From an uncultured virus (IMG/VR IMGVR_UViG_3300046782_000572) (Duplodnaviria > Heunggongvirae > Uroviricota > Caudoviricetes): a stretch of DNA of 64,000 nucleotides. The stretch lies in the IMG/VR virus record IMGVR_UViG_3300046782_000572, one strand, 5' to 3'. This document shows, piece after piece, positions 26,203 through 36,462 of the stretch. A program made the translations under genes and the position numbers. The notes under the pieces were generated by a model. That model saw nothing but the letters and a program-made list of their open reading frames with translations. It was not told the DNA's origin and did not search any database. How positions within the stretch are numbered: the first letter of the stretch is position 1; every line of letters begins with the position of its first letter.

Positions 26203-28066
26203 TCCGCTGCTCACGCCCTATGTGATCGAGCCGGAGCGCGTCATCGCCAGCGGCGTCTACAAGCGCGTCGTGCTGGTGATGGGGGCGCAGAGCGGAAAAT
26301 CGGAAGCGATGCTCGACGTCGCCGGGCAGCGCCTCGACCAGCGGCCAGGGCCGATCCTGTACGTCGGCCCCAACAAGCAATTCCTCACCGAACAGTTCGA
26401 GCCGCGCGTCATGGCGCTGCTCGACGAGGCGCCGTCGCTGATGGCCAAGGTCGCGCGCGGCAAGCGCATGACCAAGACCCGCAAGATCGTGGCCGGCGTG
26501 CCGTTCCGCCTCGCGCATTCAGGCTCGTCGACAGCGCTCAAGTCAGATCCCGCGGTGCTCGCCCTGGTCGACGAGTACGACGAAATGCGGGACAACGTAA
26601 ACAATCAGGGCGGGCCGCTCGGGCTGGTCGAGCGCCGCGGCGACACCTACGCGGATTTCTGTTGCGTTGTGACATCGACGCCGAAGCGCGGCCGGGTCGG
26701 CGCCGTCAAGGACGACGTTTCGGGACTCTTTTTTTGGGGCGTCGCAGTGAGCGAGGACATCGAAAGCCCGATCTGGCAGCTCTGGCAGCAGGGCACGCGG
26801 CACCATTGGTGCTGGCCGTGCCCGCATTGCGGCGACTATTTCGTGCCGCGCTTCAACCTGTTGCGCTTCCCCCTCAAGGCATCGCCGCTCGAGTCCGCGC
26901 GCCAGACTTTCCTCGAATGCCCGCATTGCGGCGGCGTGATTGGGGATCAGCACAAGGCCGACATGAACGCGCGCGGCCGCTATGCGGCGCCGGGGCAGAA
27001 CGTCGACAAGACCGGCGTCGTCCACGGCTTTCCGCCCGAAAGCAAGGCGGTGTCGTTTTGGGTTTCCGGGCTCGCATCGCCGTTCGTCACCTTCGGGGAG
27101 CGCGTCGCGGTTCTGGTCGAGGCCCAGCAGTCGGGCGACGACGCCATGGTGCAGCAAGCCATCAATGCGGGCTTCGGCGAGCTGTATTCGCCGGGCGGCG
27201 GCGAGGTGCCCGAATGGATGGAGATCCAGGAGAAATCGAGGCAGGCCACGTACCAGCGCGGCGAGGTGCCGGCAGACGTCATGTATCTGACGCTGGCTTG
27301 CGACGTGCAGCGGCATTCCATTCCATGGGTGCTGCGCGGCTGGGGCGCGCGCGCGACATCATGGCTGATCGACTACGGCTATCTGCGCGGCGACACCACC
27401 GACGAGGACATCTGGAACGCGCTCGGCGATCTCGTCTCGGCGCCGGTCGGCGGCTTGGCGATCAGGCTCGCATTCGTCGACTCGGGCTTCCGGCCCGGGA
27501 AAACAGACACGCTGCCGCTGAATCGCGTCTACGAATTCTGCCGGCGGTTCATGCGCCGCGTGCGCCCCACCAAGGGATCGAGCGCGCCGATGCGCACCCC
27601 GCTGTTGCTGAGCAAGATCGAAGTCAGCCGCAAGGACGGGCGGGCGGCGAAGTTCGGGCTCGACCTCGTGCGGCTCGACACCGATCACTGGAAAAGCTGG
27701 GTGCACGAACGGCTTAGGTGGCCGGACGACCACATCGGCGGATGGCATGTGTTCCGCGGAGTCGACGACGATTACTGTCACCAGCTCGTCAGCGAGGCGC
27801 GGCTCAAACAGCCTACAGGGCGCGTCGAATGGGTCCAGCGATCGAGGGACAACCACTTTTTCGATTGCGAGGCGATGTCGGCCGCGGCCGGCTACCTGTT
27901 GAACGTGCAGCGCATCCCGTTGCAAAACAAACGGGAAGGCACTATGGATGGCGTCGGCAGGAAGCCGGAAACCCCATCCGAGGTAGTCGAGGCGCCCCCA
28001 CCAATCCCGCCTCGCGGCGGTCGACGGGGCAGGCGCATTTTCAGATCGAGTTATCTCGGAGCCTGA
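26042..28066 (+). CDS. Terminase large subunit, GpA family
   Basis: GAQSGKSE Walker A, LVDEYD, STP, CPHC pairs, RDNHFFDCE. Confidence 0.93.
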   Translation: MQDYVGSQNTQWHRPYAWRRWAALIMPSEPTEPDLWAAANRTYPPTAAVPGPRDPLLTPYVIEPERVIASGVYKRVVLVMGAQSGKSEAMLDVAGQRLDQRPGPILYVGPNKQFLTEQFEPRVMALLDEAPSLMAKVARGKRMTKTRKIVAGVPFRLAHSGSSTALKSDPAVLALVDEYDEMRDNVNNQGGPLGLVERRGDTYADFCCVVTSTPKRGRVGAVKDDVSGLFFWGVAVSEDIESPIWQLWQQGTRHHWCWPCPHCGDYFVPRFNLLRFPLKASPLESARQTFLECPHCGGVIGDQHKADMNARGRYAAPGQNVDKTGVVHGFPPESKAVSFWVSGLASPFVTFGERVAVLVEAQQSGDDAMVQQAINAGFGELYSPGGGEVPEWMEIQEKSRQATYQRGEVPADVMYLTLACDVQRHSIPWVLRGWGARATSWLIDYGYLRGDTTDEDIWNALGDLVSAPVGGLAIRLAFVDSGFRPGKTDTLPLNRVYEFCRRFMRRVRPTKGSSAPMRTPLLLSKIEVSRKDGRAAKFGLDLVRLDTDHWKSWVHERLRWPDDHIGGWHVFRGVDDDYCHQLVSEARLKQPTGRVEWVQRSRDNHFFDCEAMSAAAGYLLNVQRIPLQNKREGTMDGVGRKPETPSEVVEAPPPIPPRGGRRGRRIFRSSYLGA

Positions 28067-28082
28067 AACAAGGCTCGGTTTC

Positions 28083-28286
28083 TTGCCTTTCAGCCAAGCG
28101 CAGCTCGATTCTCTGACGCAATTGATTGCGTCCGGCGTCAACAGCGCCGGCTACGGCGACAAGCGCACCGAATTTCGGTCGCTGTCCGACCTCAGACAAA
28201 TCCTCAACGACATCGAAACGCAGCTCAACGGCGGCAAGCGCACGCGGCAAATCCGCATGTACTCGCCGGCGGACAAGGGGCTGTAG
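28083..28286 (+). CDS. gpW-like head-tail joining protein
   Basis: IASGVNSAGYGDKRTEFRSLSDL between terminase and portal. Confidence 0.75.
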   Translation: MPFSQAQLDSLTQLIASGVNSAGYGDKRTEFRSLSDLRQILNDIETQLNGGKRTRQIRMYSPADKGL

Positions 28287-28287
28287 G

Positions 28288-29859
28288 ATGGGCAAGCTCC
28301 GAGCGCTGCTCTCCGAAGGGATCCTGGGGCGCTTCTTCAAGAACCAGTTCGGCACCCCCTGGCGCAGCGGCTATGACGGCGCCGGAATCAGGCGCCGTCT
28401 CAAGGGCTGGCTCCCCTCGCAGTACACCACCAACGTCATCATGACTTCGTCGGGGCGCCTCCTGCGCGCGCGCTGCCGCGACGTGCTGCGCAACAACCCT
28501 CACGCCAACGCCGCCGCCGAGAGCTTTGCCGCAAACGTCATCGGAACCGGCATCAAGCCGTCGTCCCTGCTCAGCGAACAGCCTGACCTGCGGACCACGC
28601 TGCAACGGCTGTGGCTCGATTGGACCGACGAGTGCGACGCAGACGGCATCGCCGATTTCTACGGCATGCAGAGCATCGTGGCGCGTGCGCTGTTCGAAGC
28701 CGGCGAGTGCTTCATCCGTTTTCGAAATCGCAAGGTCGAGGACGGCTTTCTGGTGCCGCTGCAAATCCAACTGCTCGAAAGCGACATGTGCCCCTACGAG
28801 TGGAACATGCAGGCGCCCAACGGCAACTGGATCATGAACGGCGTCGAGCTGGACTTGCTCGGCCGGCGCGCCGCCTATTGGTTCTATCCCACTCACCCCG
28901 GCGACATGCCGATCGAGCCGACCGGGAGCCTCATGCCGGTGCGCGTTCCGGCGTCCGAAGTGCTGCACATCTTCAAATGCACCAGGCCCGGCCAGATGCG
29001 CGGCGTGCCGCTCATCACGCCCGCGCTCATCCGGCTGTTCTTCCTCGATCAGTACGATGATGCGGAATTAGAGCGCAAGCGCATCGCCGCGATGTTCGCC
29101 GGCTTCATCACGTCGGCGGCTCCCGAGGACGTCATTCCGATCGACGGCGACGACGACAGCAGCGGCCAGGACGGAATTTCGCTGTCGGGACTCGAGCCCG
29201 GCACCCTGCAGACGCTGCTGCCGGGCGAGGACATCAAGTTCTCCGAGCCCGCCGACGTCGGCGGCACCTACGAGGCGTTTCAGTATCGCCAGCAGCTCGC
29301 GGTGTTCAGCGCGCTCGGCATTCCATATTCGCTGTGCACCAGCGACCTGCGCCGCGCGAACTACAGCTCTCTGCGCGGCTCGATCGTCGAATACCGGCGC
29401 AAGCTCGAACAGTTTCAACACAACATCTTCGTTTTCCAGATGTGCAGGCCGATCTGGCGGCGCTGGCTCGACACCGCGGTCCTGGCCCAGGCGCTCCCGC
29501 TCGAATCCGGCGTCTACCTCGCGGCGCAAGCGGCATATCAGGCCGCAAAATGGATTCCGCAGCGCAACGATTGGGTCGATCCATTGAAGGACCGTCAGGC
29601 CGAAAAGCTTGCCGTTGATGCGGGCTTCAAGAGCCGCAGCGACGTGATCGAGGCCGAGGGTTCCGACCCCGAGGAAACCGACCAGCGCATTGCCGCGGAT
29701 GCGGAGCGCGCAGAAAGCCTCGATCTCACATTCCCCGTCGTTTACGCGGCGGCCACTCAGCCGATGTCGCCGAGCGATCAGGCCGCGGCCGACCAAGCCG
29801 AGGCAGACGCGCAGGACGCGGCCGATCAGGCGGCGTCGGACGCGGCAGAGGCAGCATAG
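28288..29859 (+). CDS. Portal protein, lambda family
   Basis: LRARCRDVLRNNPHA, RPGQMRGVP, NYSSLR, WVDPLKD. Confidence 0.93.
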   Translation: MGKLRALLSEGILGRFFKNQFGTPWRSGYDGAGIRRRLKGWLPSQYTTNVIMTSSGRLLRARCRDVLRNNPHANAAAESFAANVIGTGIKPSSLLSEQPDLRTTLQRLWLDWTDECDADGIADFYGMQSIVARALFEAGECFIRFRNRKVEDGFLVPLQIQLLESDMCPYEWNMQAPNGNWIMNGVELDLLGRRAAYWFYPTHPGDMPIEPTGSLMPVRVPASEVLHIFKCTRPGQMRGVPLITPALIRLFFLDQYDDAELERKRIAAMFAGFITSAAPEDVIPIDGDDDSSGQDGISLSGLEPGTLQTLLPGEDIKFSEPADVGGTYEAFQYRQQLAVFSALGIPYSLCTSDLRRANYSSLRGSIVEYRRKLEQFQHNIFVFQMCRPIWRRWLDTAVLAQALPLESGVYLAAQAAYQAAKWIPQRNDWVDPLKDRQAEKLAVDAGFKSRSDVIEAEGSDPEETDQRIAADAERAESLDLTFPVVYAAATQPMSPSDQAAADQAEADAQDAADQAASDAAEAA

Positions 29860-29870
29860 GGAGCACCCAC

Positions 29871-30887
29871 ATGCGCCAGTGGTTTCAGATGAAAGCCGAG
29901 GAAGCCGCCGCAGAGATCGTCATCTACGACGAGATCGGACGCTCATGGTGGGGCGAGGACACCGTCAGCGCAAAGCAGTTTCTCGACGACCTCAACGGCC
30001 TGGGCGATGTGAGCAACATCACGCTGCGCATCAACTCGCCGGGCGGCGACGTGTTCGATGGCGTCGCCATCCACAACGCCCTGAAGAATCACAAGGCGAC
30101 TGTGACGGCCCATGTCGACGGCATCGCGGCGTCGGCAGCGAGCTTCATCGCAATGGCGGCCGACAAGATCATCATGCCCTCGAACAGCTTCATGCTGGTG
30201 CACGGCGCGTCGGGCTTCGCCATGGGCAGCGCCGACGACATCCGCGCGCTCGCCGACGATCTCGATCGCATCGACAAGTCGCTGACCGCCACCTACGCGA
30301 GCCGCGCCAAGACCACCCAGGCGAAGGTAAAGGCGCTGATGAAAGAGGATCGCCTGATGGATGCCGACGAGGCCAAGTCGCTTGGCTTCGCCGACGAGGT
30401 CACCGCGCCAATCACGATGGCGGCGAAATTCCCGTTGCGGCTGTTACCCAAGGCAGCGGCCGCACGCCTGCAGGCCCTGGCGGGGGACGATGAAACCGAA
30501 CCCCCAGAGCCTGCGGCGGTGCCGGCAGCGGAGCCGGTTCCTCCCGCGCTGCCGGCATCCGATCCAGTCCCGCAGCCCGAGCCCGAGCCCGAGCAGCAGC
30601 CCACCGCCGAGCTGATCAACCTAAACGCCGCCAAGAAGACCGGCGCCGCCGAACACAAGGCTTACGTCGACAGCATCACCGATCTCTGCGCTCTCGCGCG
30701 CGCGCCCGAACGCGTCGGCGCCTACGTGCGCGCGGGCACGCCGGTCGAGCAGGTGCGCAAGGAGCTGCTGGCCCGCGCCGACGAGCCGTCGGTGATGCCG
30801 CAGCATCCGCTGTTGCCGCCTGCGCAAGTCGCCGCGACGGCGTGGTCGAAGATCACCGACAAAATCAACGCCCGTTTGAGGAAGTGA
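29871..30887 (+). CDS. ClpP-like head maturation protease with scaffold-like tail
   Basis: INSPGGDVFDG, DGIAASAAS, LMVH, GFADEV. Confidence 0.9.
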   Translation: MRQWFQMKAEEAAAEIVIYDEIGRSWWGEDTVSAKQFLDDLNGLGDVSNITLRINSPGGDVFDGVAIHNALKNHKATVTAHVDGIAASAASFIAMAADKIIMPSNSFMLVHGASGFAMGSADDIRALADDLDRIDKSLTATYASRAKTTQAKVKALMKEDRLMDADEAKSLGFADEVTAPITMAAKFPLRLLPKAAAARLQALAGDDETEPPEPAAVPAAEPVPPALPASDPVPQPEPEPEQQPTAELINLNAAKKTGAAEHKAYVDSITDLCALARAPERVGAYVRAGTPVEQVRKELLARADEPSVMPQHPLLPPAQVAATAWSKITDKINARLRK

Positions 30888-30905
30888 AGCCAGAAGGAGT
30901 TTCAA

Positions 30906-31619
30906 ATGGCTGAAAATGCAAAAGCAGAGCCCAAGCATCAGGCGGCGATTGGCGCGGATGCGGACAAGAGGGCTGATGAACGTCGTGCGGCTGCATTCAA
31001 GGCAGACGAAAAACTCCGTGCGGACGAATACAAGGCAAATGAAGAGCGGATCGCCGCTGCGCGCAAGCACGCAGAGGCGCGACGGAAAGAAGATGCGCGC
31101 CGCGCGGCGCTGAGCCCCGCCGAGCGTGCGGCGGAGGACGACAAGCGCGCCGCGATGACGCCGGATGAACGCGCCAAGGATGACGAGACAAAGGGCCTGG
31201 TCGCGGAGCAGCAGGACCAGATCAATCTTCTCGTCGGCACGCCGCAGTTTCCGGTTCAGACCGAAACGTCGCACCCGGCCGAGTTCATTCTGTCGGAAGC
31301 GGACGGTCATGGGTCGCGCGATGTCGGCACCATCGCGGACCCGGGATCCGTGAAGATCGGCCAGACGCTGAAGATCGCAACGCAGGCGACTCTGACCGCG
31401 CCGGCGGTGTTCGCTCCGAACGTCACGACCGACACCGCGTGCGACGGCATCGCGATTTACGGCGTCACCACAAATGGCGCCAACGCAAACATCGCGGTTT
31501 TGACGCGCAACGCCGAGGTGAACGCCAACCTTCTCTATTACCCGGTGACCATCACCGGCGCCGACAAGCTGGCAATCGCAAGAGCGCTTGCGGCCCACAA
31601 CATCATCGTCCGCTCCTGA
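30906..31619 (+). CDS. Head decoration protein with charged N-terminal extension
   Basis: HPAEFILSEADGHGSRD, RNAEVN, AHNIIVR. Confidence 0.75.
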   Translation: MAENAKAEPKHQAAIGADADKRADERRAAAFKADEKLRADEYKANEERIAAARKHAEARRKEDARRAALSPAERAAEDDKRAAMTPDERAKDDETKGLVAEQQDQINLLVGTPQFPVQTETSHPAEFILSEADGHGSRDVGTIADPGSVKIGQTLKIATQATLTAPAVFAPNVTTDTACDGIAIYGVTTNGANANIAVLTRNAEVNANLLYYPVTITGADKLAIARALAAHNIIVRS

Positions 31620-31650
31620 GCGAGCGTCCATCCAACAAGGGATCACGGAA

Positions 31651-32664
31651 ATGCTCGATATCTTTCGCGGCGATGCCTTCGGCACAATCCCGCTCTCGAT
31701 CGCAATCAACAACCTGAAATTCGTCCCCGGGTATATCGGAAGCAGGGGGCTATTCAACGAGATCGCCGTGGCGACGACCACGGTCGCGATCGAGGAGCAC
31801 AACAACATCCTCACCGTGGTCAGGCCGACACCGCGCGGCGGCCCGGGCCAGACCATGCCGAAGCCCCGGCGCACGATGCGGGCTCTGGGCGTCCCGCACT
31901 TCGAAATAAACGACGCCATCATGGCCGAGGAAGTTCAGGGCGTTCGCGCGTTCGGCCAGGAGACCGGCACCGAAGCGGTGATGACGAAGGTCGGCGAACG
32001 CATGCAGACCGCCGGTCAATCGCTGGAATACACCCAGGAATACAGCCGGGTCGGCGCCGTCAAGGGCATCGTGACCTATGCGGACGGCACGACGTTGAAC
32101 CTGTTCAACGAGTACGGAATCACGCCGCCGGCGGCCATCAACTTCGTCCTGGGCGCAGCGACGGCGACCGGCGCGATCAGGCAGCAATGTGCGACCGTGA
32201 TCCGCACGATGGGCAACAACCTCGATGGCCAGGGCTTCACGGGCGTCGAAGCGATTTGCGGCGATGCTTTCTTCGATGCCCTGATCATGGCCCAAGAGGT
32301 TCGCGCGACCTATCTCAACATGATGGACGCGTCCGAATTGCGCGGTCAGTACATTTCGGGCGGTCAGGCATGGGGTTCGTTCGCGTTCGGCGGAATTCTG
32401 TGGACCAACTATCGCGGCTATGTCTCTGGCGCCCCGATGGTCGAAACCGACGCCGCCTATTTCTATCCGACAGGCGTGCCGAACCTGTTCCCAACCATCT
32501 ATGCCCCCGCCGACTACATCGAAACCGTCAACACGATGGGGTTGCCGCGCTACGTCAAGCAATACCCGATGGAGAACGACAAGGGCGTCAACATCGACAC
32601 GCAGATGAACGCGCTCAACTTCTGCTCGCGCCCCCTGGCGCTGCTGAAGGGGACGCATTCCTGA
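31651..32664 (+). CDS. Major capsid protein (lambda E-like)
   Basis: MLDIFRGDAF, TPRGGPG, YAPADYIETVNTMGLPRY. Confidence 0.9.
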   Translation: MLDIFRGDAFGTIPLSIAINNLKFVPGYIGSRGLFNEIAVATTTVAIEEHNNILTVVRPTPRGGPGQTMPKPRRTMRALGVPHFEINDAIMAEEVQGVRAFGQETGTEAVMTKVGERMQTAGQSLEYTQEYSRVGAVKGIVTYADGTTLNLFNEYGITPPAAINFVLGAATATGAIRQQCATVIRTMGNNLDGQGFTGVEAICGDAFFDALIMAQEVRATYLNMMDASELRGQYISGGQAWGSFAFGGILWTNYRGYVSGAPMVETDAAYFYPTGVPNLFPTIYAPADYIETVNTMGLPRYVKQYPMENDKGVNIDTQMNALNFCSRPLALLKGTHS

Positions 32665-32698
32665 TCTCGAATACTGGCTGAAACTGCGGGAGATAACG

Positions 32699-33049
32699 AT
32701 GCCACTTGCCATCATCGACGGCCCGACCATCGCGGCGGGTGAATCGCTTTCGGACGGCGTCGATTGCTCGGCGGGCACCATCGTCCGCATCACGGTGCCG
32801 GGAGAATACACCAAGGGCAACATGCCCCACAAAATGACGTTCCAAGTCTCGACGGACGGAAATTTCTATAGCGACCTGTTCGATGACGAGGGACTCGAAA
32901 TCTCGATCACGGCCCGAGAGAACAGCGGCATCGTAATCGACAAGGCATGGGCGCGCGCCGTCGCCTTCATCAAGCTGAGATCGGGAACGCGGGACGTTCC
33001 GGTGAAGCAAGCGGTCGACTGCAAATTCGCAATAGCGATTTCGACTTAG
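32699..33049 (+). CDS. Hypothetical virion protein
   Basis: GPTIAAGESLSDGVD; follows the capsid gene. Confidence 0.6.
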   Translation: MPLAIIDGPTIAAGESLSDGVDCSAGTIVRITVPGEYTKGNMPHKMTFQVSTDGNFYSDLFDDEGLEISITARENSGIVIDKAWARAVAFIKLRSGTRDVPVKQAVDCKFAIAIST

Positions 33050-33058
33050 GGAAAAGCA

Positions 33059-33415
33059 ATGCTCGTGGATTTAGACGCCCTGGTGCTCGACAGGACCGTG
33101 GGGATTTTCTGCGTCGCGTGCAGCTTTACGCTGACCGTCAGCAGCCCCGGGGCGCCCCCGGTCGTGGCGCGCGGAGTGTTTTCGTCCGCGCCGCTCGACG
33201 TGCAGATGGAAGACGAGGTCATCTTTTCCGATCAGCAAACCTCGCTCGGCATCCGCGCGCGTGATTTCACCGTGGTGCCCGATCGCGGCGACATGGTCGA
33301 AATCACCGAACCGACGCATCCGGCGTTCGGCAACAAATACTGGATTGGCGACAGCGATTGGGACGGCCAGGGCGGCATCACGCTCTTGCTGCGCACGCAG
33401 GAGCCGCCCGGATGA
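33059..33415 (+). CDS. Head-tail joining protein
   Basis: Position; ARGVF, PDRGD, DGQGGITLLL. Confidence 0.6.
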   Translation: MLVDLDALVLDRTVGIFCVACSFTLTVSSPGAPPVVARGVFSSAPLDVQMEDEVIFSDQQTSLGIRARDFTVVPDRGDMVEITEPTHPAFGNKYWIGDSDWDGQGGITLLLRTQEPPG

Positions 33416-33999
33416 TCAACTACGGCAACACCGCATCCGAGGTGCACAAGGCCGCTTTCGATCTCGCGGTCGCCGGCTTCGGCGCGCGGTTCAAGACCTA
33501 CCGCAAGACGCCGATGCTGCAAGTGACGCCGCAGGACTTGCCGGTGCTCGGCATCTATCGAGGGCGCCGCAAAAGCGTGGCGTGGGGCCAGTCGAATCAA
33601 GCCGAGCCGAAATTCCAGAGGGAATTGACGCTGGGGTTCTCCGTTGGAATTCACGCGCCGACAGCAACGCAGGACGACGTGTTGGCGCTTCACGACACCA
33701 TGGAAGAACTAGAAGACATGCTGCTCAGCAATCCTTTGTTCGTGAATATGTCGAACGGCTTCGAGAGCATGGACGAAGAAGCGCAAGTCGCAAAGATCGG
33801 CGAAACTACGCTGTACGAAATCCGCAGCCTTTGGGTCGTGACGCTCGGCCAGACGATATTCCCGCCGAATATCCCCGATTGGTTCAACACCCTCCACGTC
33901 GAGAGCCGTTATCCAACGGCGCAAACCGATCCTGCCGAAATTCAACAGGTCATCGTCCAGTACGACGTCGACGAGACCGCAAAGCAAAAGCCGAATTGA
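33412..33999 (+). CDS. Tail completion/terminator-like protein
   Basis: Position before the sheath gene; ATGA overlap. Confidence 0.55.
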   Translation: MINYGNTASEVHKAAFDLAVAGFGARFKTYRKTPMLQVTPQDLPVLGIYRGRRKSVAWGQSNQAEPKFQRELTLGFSVGIHAPTATQDDVLALHDTMEELEDMLLSNPLFVNMSNGFESMDEEAQVAKIGETTLYEIRSLWVVTLGQTIFPPNIPDWFNTLHVESRYPTAQTDPAEIQQVIVQYDVDETAKQKPN

Positions 34000-34014
34000 G
34001 AAGGAGATCGCGCG

Positions 34015-35568
34015 ATGCCCGTATCTTTCAACAGCATCCCGTCAAACTGGCGCATGCCACTGTTTTGGGTGGAGGTGGATCCAAGCATGGCGGGGTATCC
34101 GCGCTCGCGTTTAACCTCCCTGATAATCGGCACAATGCTCCCAAACGGCACCGCGATCCCCGACGTGCCGATTCCGGTGCCGTCGCAAGCCGATGCGCGC
34201 GTGCTGTTCGGTTACGGCTCGATGCTCGACGCCATGGTGCAGTTCTTCACGCAAAACAATTTTGCGCAGGAGCTGTGGGTGCTTCCGATCGCAGAGGCGA
34301 CCGCGGGCGTCGTCGCCACCGGCGCCATCACGGTGACGACGCCAGCAGCTTCCGCCGGCACGCTCCCGGTCTACATCGGCGGCCGACGCGTTCAGGTTTT
34401 TGTCGCCGCCGGCGAGACGGTCGACGTGACCGGGACAAACATCGCAGCGGCGATCAACGCCGACCCCTCGATGCCGGTCGTCGCAGCCGCGGCAGCAGGC
34501 GTGGTGACGCTGACATCGAAGTGGAAGGGCGTCGAGGCAAACGAGATCGACGTGCGGCTTGCCTATGGCGGCTTGCTCGCGGCCGAGCAGGTGCCATTCG
34601 GGCTCGGCATCACGGTCCCGACCGGAAACAAGCTCAGCAGCGGTACCGGCACGGTGGACATCACCAAAGCGCTCGCAAACCTGGGCGATGAAATCTACGA
34701 GTACGTGGCGACCGGCTACACCGACAGCACAACGCTGGCGCTGCTCGAAACGGAATACGGCTTCAGCGACGTCGGCAGATGGGGGTGGATGCGCCAGCTC
34801 TACGGCCATGTGTTCGGGGCGAGGATCGGCGTGACCGCTGCCGGTGACAACACCGGCTACATGGATCTGATGGAGTACGGCCCGAGCAACAACAGCGGCG
34901 TGCTCTCGATCATGGGCGTCGAGCACCATTCGCCGACGCCGTCGTGGTGCTGGGCCGCGGCGTACACCGCAAAGGCCGCGCGCGCGCTGCTGAACGATCC
35001 GGCGCGACCTCTGCAGACCTTGAGCCTCGACGGCTGCCTGCCGGCGCCCAAGCATCAGCGGTTCAACAAGAAGCAGTGCAACGATCTCTCGGGCGTCGGC
35101 ATCGCGACGCAGGCGGCGAGCGACGCAGGAACGCCCGGTATCCTGCGGGAGACGACCACCTATCAGTTCAACTTGTACGGCCAGGGCGACGACGCTTACG
35201 AGCTGGTGCCGACGCTCGCCACGCTATCGGCGCTGTTCCGGCGTCAGCGGCAGGCGATAACCTCGAAATTTCCGCGCTCGAAACTCGCCGATGATGGCAC
35301 GCGGTTCGGCGCCGGGCAGGCGATCGTGACGCCGAAAACCATCAAGGCAGAGCTGATTTCGCAGTATCGCCAGGACGAATTCTTAGGTCTTACAGAAAAC
35401 GGAGACGCATTCAAAACCAATCTAATCGTGGAAAGAGACAGCAACGACCCGAATCGCCTTAACGTTCTCTATCCGCCCGATCTCGTGAATCAACTCCGTG
35501 TTTTTGCGGTGTTAGCCCAGTTTCGCCTTCAGTATAATAGGGGCGTGGATACAGCCATTGCTGCATAA
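34015..35568 (+). CDS. Tail sheath protein (Mu gpL-like)
   Basis: MPVSFNSIPSNWRMPLFWVEVD, DPARPLQTL, KFPRSKLADDG, PPDLVNQLRVFA. Confidence 0.92.
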   Translation: MPVSFNSIPSNWRMPLFWVEVDPSMAGYPRSRLTSLIIGTMLPNGTAIPDVPIPVPSQADARVLFGYGSMLDAMVQFFTQNNFAQELWVLPIAEATAGVVATGAITVTTPAASAGTLPVYIGGRRVQVFVAAGETVDVTGTNIAAAINADPSMPVVAAAAAGVVTLTSKWKGVEANEIDVRLAYGGLLAAEQVPFGLGITVPTGNKLSSGTGTVDITKALANLGDEIYEYVATGYTDSTTLALLETEYGFSDVGRWGWMRQLYGHVFGARIGVTAAGDNTGYMDLMEYGPSNNSGVLSIMGVEHHSPTPSWCWAAAYTAKAARALLNDPARPLQTLSLDGCLPAPKHQRFNKKQCNDLSGVGIATQAASDAGTPGILRETTTYQFNLYGQGDDAYELVPTLATLSALFRRQRQAITSKFPRSKLADDGTRFGAGQAIVTPKTIKAELISQYRQDEFLGLTENGDAFKTNLIVERDSNDPNRLNVLYPPDLVNQLRVFAVLAQFRLQYNRGVDTAIAA

Positions 35569-35579
35569 AGGTTGCGCGT

Positions 35580-35783
35580 ATGAAAAGGCAGTGCAAAAAG
35601 TGTGGCGAAGAATTCCCGGCAACACCGGAGTTTTTCGTTGCCCTCAAGAAAAAGGAGTGGCGTGGTTTAGCGACCGAATGTCGCGCGAAGCCAAACGGCG
35701 CGAACTGTGCCACGCCCGCGTGGGCGGATCAACGCAAGATCCCAGCAAGGGAAAATCAGGCCAAAGGAAATCGAGCACCCTAA
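35580..35783 (+). pseudogene. Zinc-finger remnant of an HNH-type homing endonuclease
   Basis: KRQCKKCGEEFPATPEFF...GLATECR, no nuclease domain follows. Confidence 0.45.
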
Positions 35784-36439
35784 TGGCGGACCCGTTCGGC
35801 AAAATAGCGAAGCCCTATTGGGACGACAAGCCCGTTGCCGTGATCGGCGGCGGGCCATCGCTATTGGGGTTCGATTTCGAGCGGCTGCGCGGCGCGCACG
35901 TTCTCGCCGTGAAGCGCACGGTGTTCGAAATCCCATGGGCCGATGCGGGTTTCGGCGTCAATATGGCGCGGTACATAGAGTGGCGCGATCGGCTCGCCGG
36001 CGTGCAAAGCCGCGTCTATTGGGCCGTGCCCCCGGATCAGGTCGGGGGCGTTCCGTATCCATCGAAGAACATCACGCTTTTGAAGCGGCTCGACGGCCTG
36101 GGCGTCGCGGAAAATCCCGGCGAGATTTACGGCGGCGGCACCAGCAGCTTCGGCGCGCTGCAAGTCTGCATCCACAAGCGAGCGCGGGAAATCGTGCTGT
36201 TCGGCTTCGACTACGACGGAAACTATGACGGCGGATTTCTCAACTTCGGAGAAAAGCAGCGCGCGCGCAGCGCGGGGCGCTGGGCTGAATGGGCGGAACA
36301 CTTTTCGGTTTATGTGCCGCACCTGCGCAGCCGCGGCGTCAACATCGTAAACGCCTGCCCGACATCCGCGATCCGCTGCTTTCAGAAGGTCACGCTGCAG
36401 GACGGCGTGTCGATGCTGCGCCAGAGGGTCGCCGCCTGA
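35783..36439 (+). CDS. DUF115/MptE-like (glycosyltransferase-associated) protein
   Basis: VAVIGGGPSL, GGTSSFGAL, IVLFGFD, IVNACPTSAIRCF. Confidence 0.6.
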   Translation: MADPFGKIAKPYWDDKPVAVIGGGPSLLGFDFERLRGAHVLAVKRTVFEIPWADAGFGVNMARYIEWRDRLAGVQSRVYWAVPPDQVGGVPYPSKNITLLKRLDGLGVAENPGEIYGGGTSSFGALQVCIHKRAREIVLFGFDYDGNYDGGFLNFGEKQRARSAGRWAEWAEHFSVYVPHLRSRGVNIVNACPTSAIRCFQKVTLQDGVSMLRQRVAA

Positions 36440-36462
36440 TCCACGAAACATAGGAGAGCACA

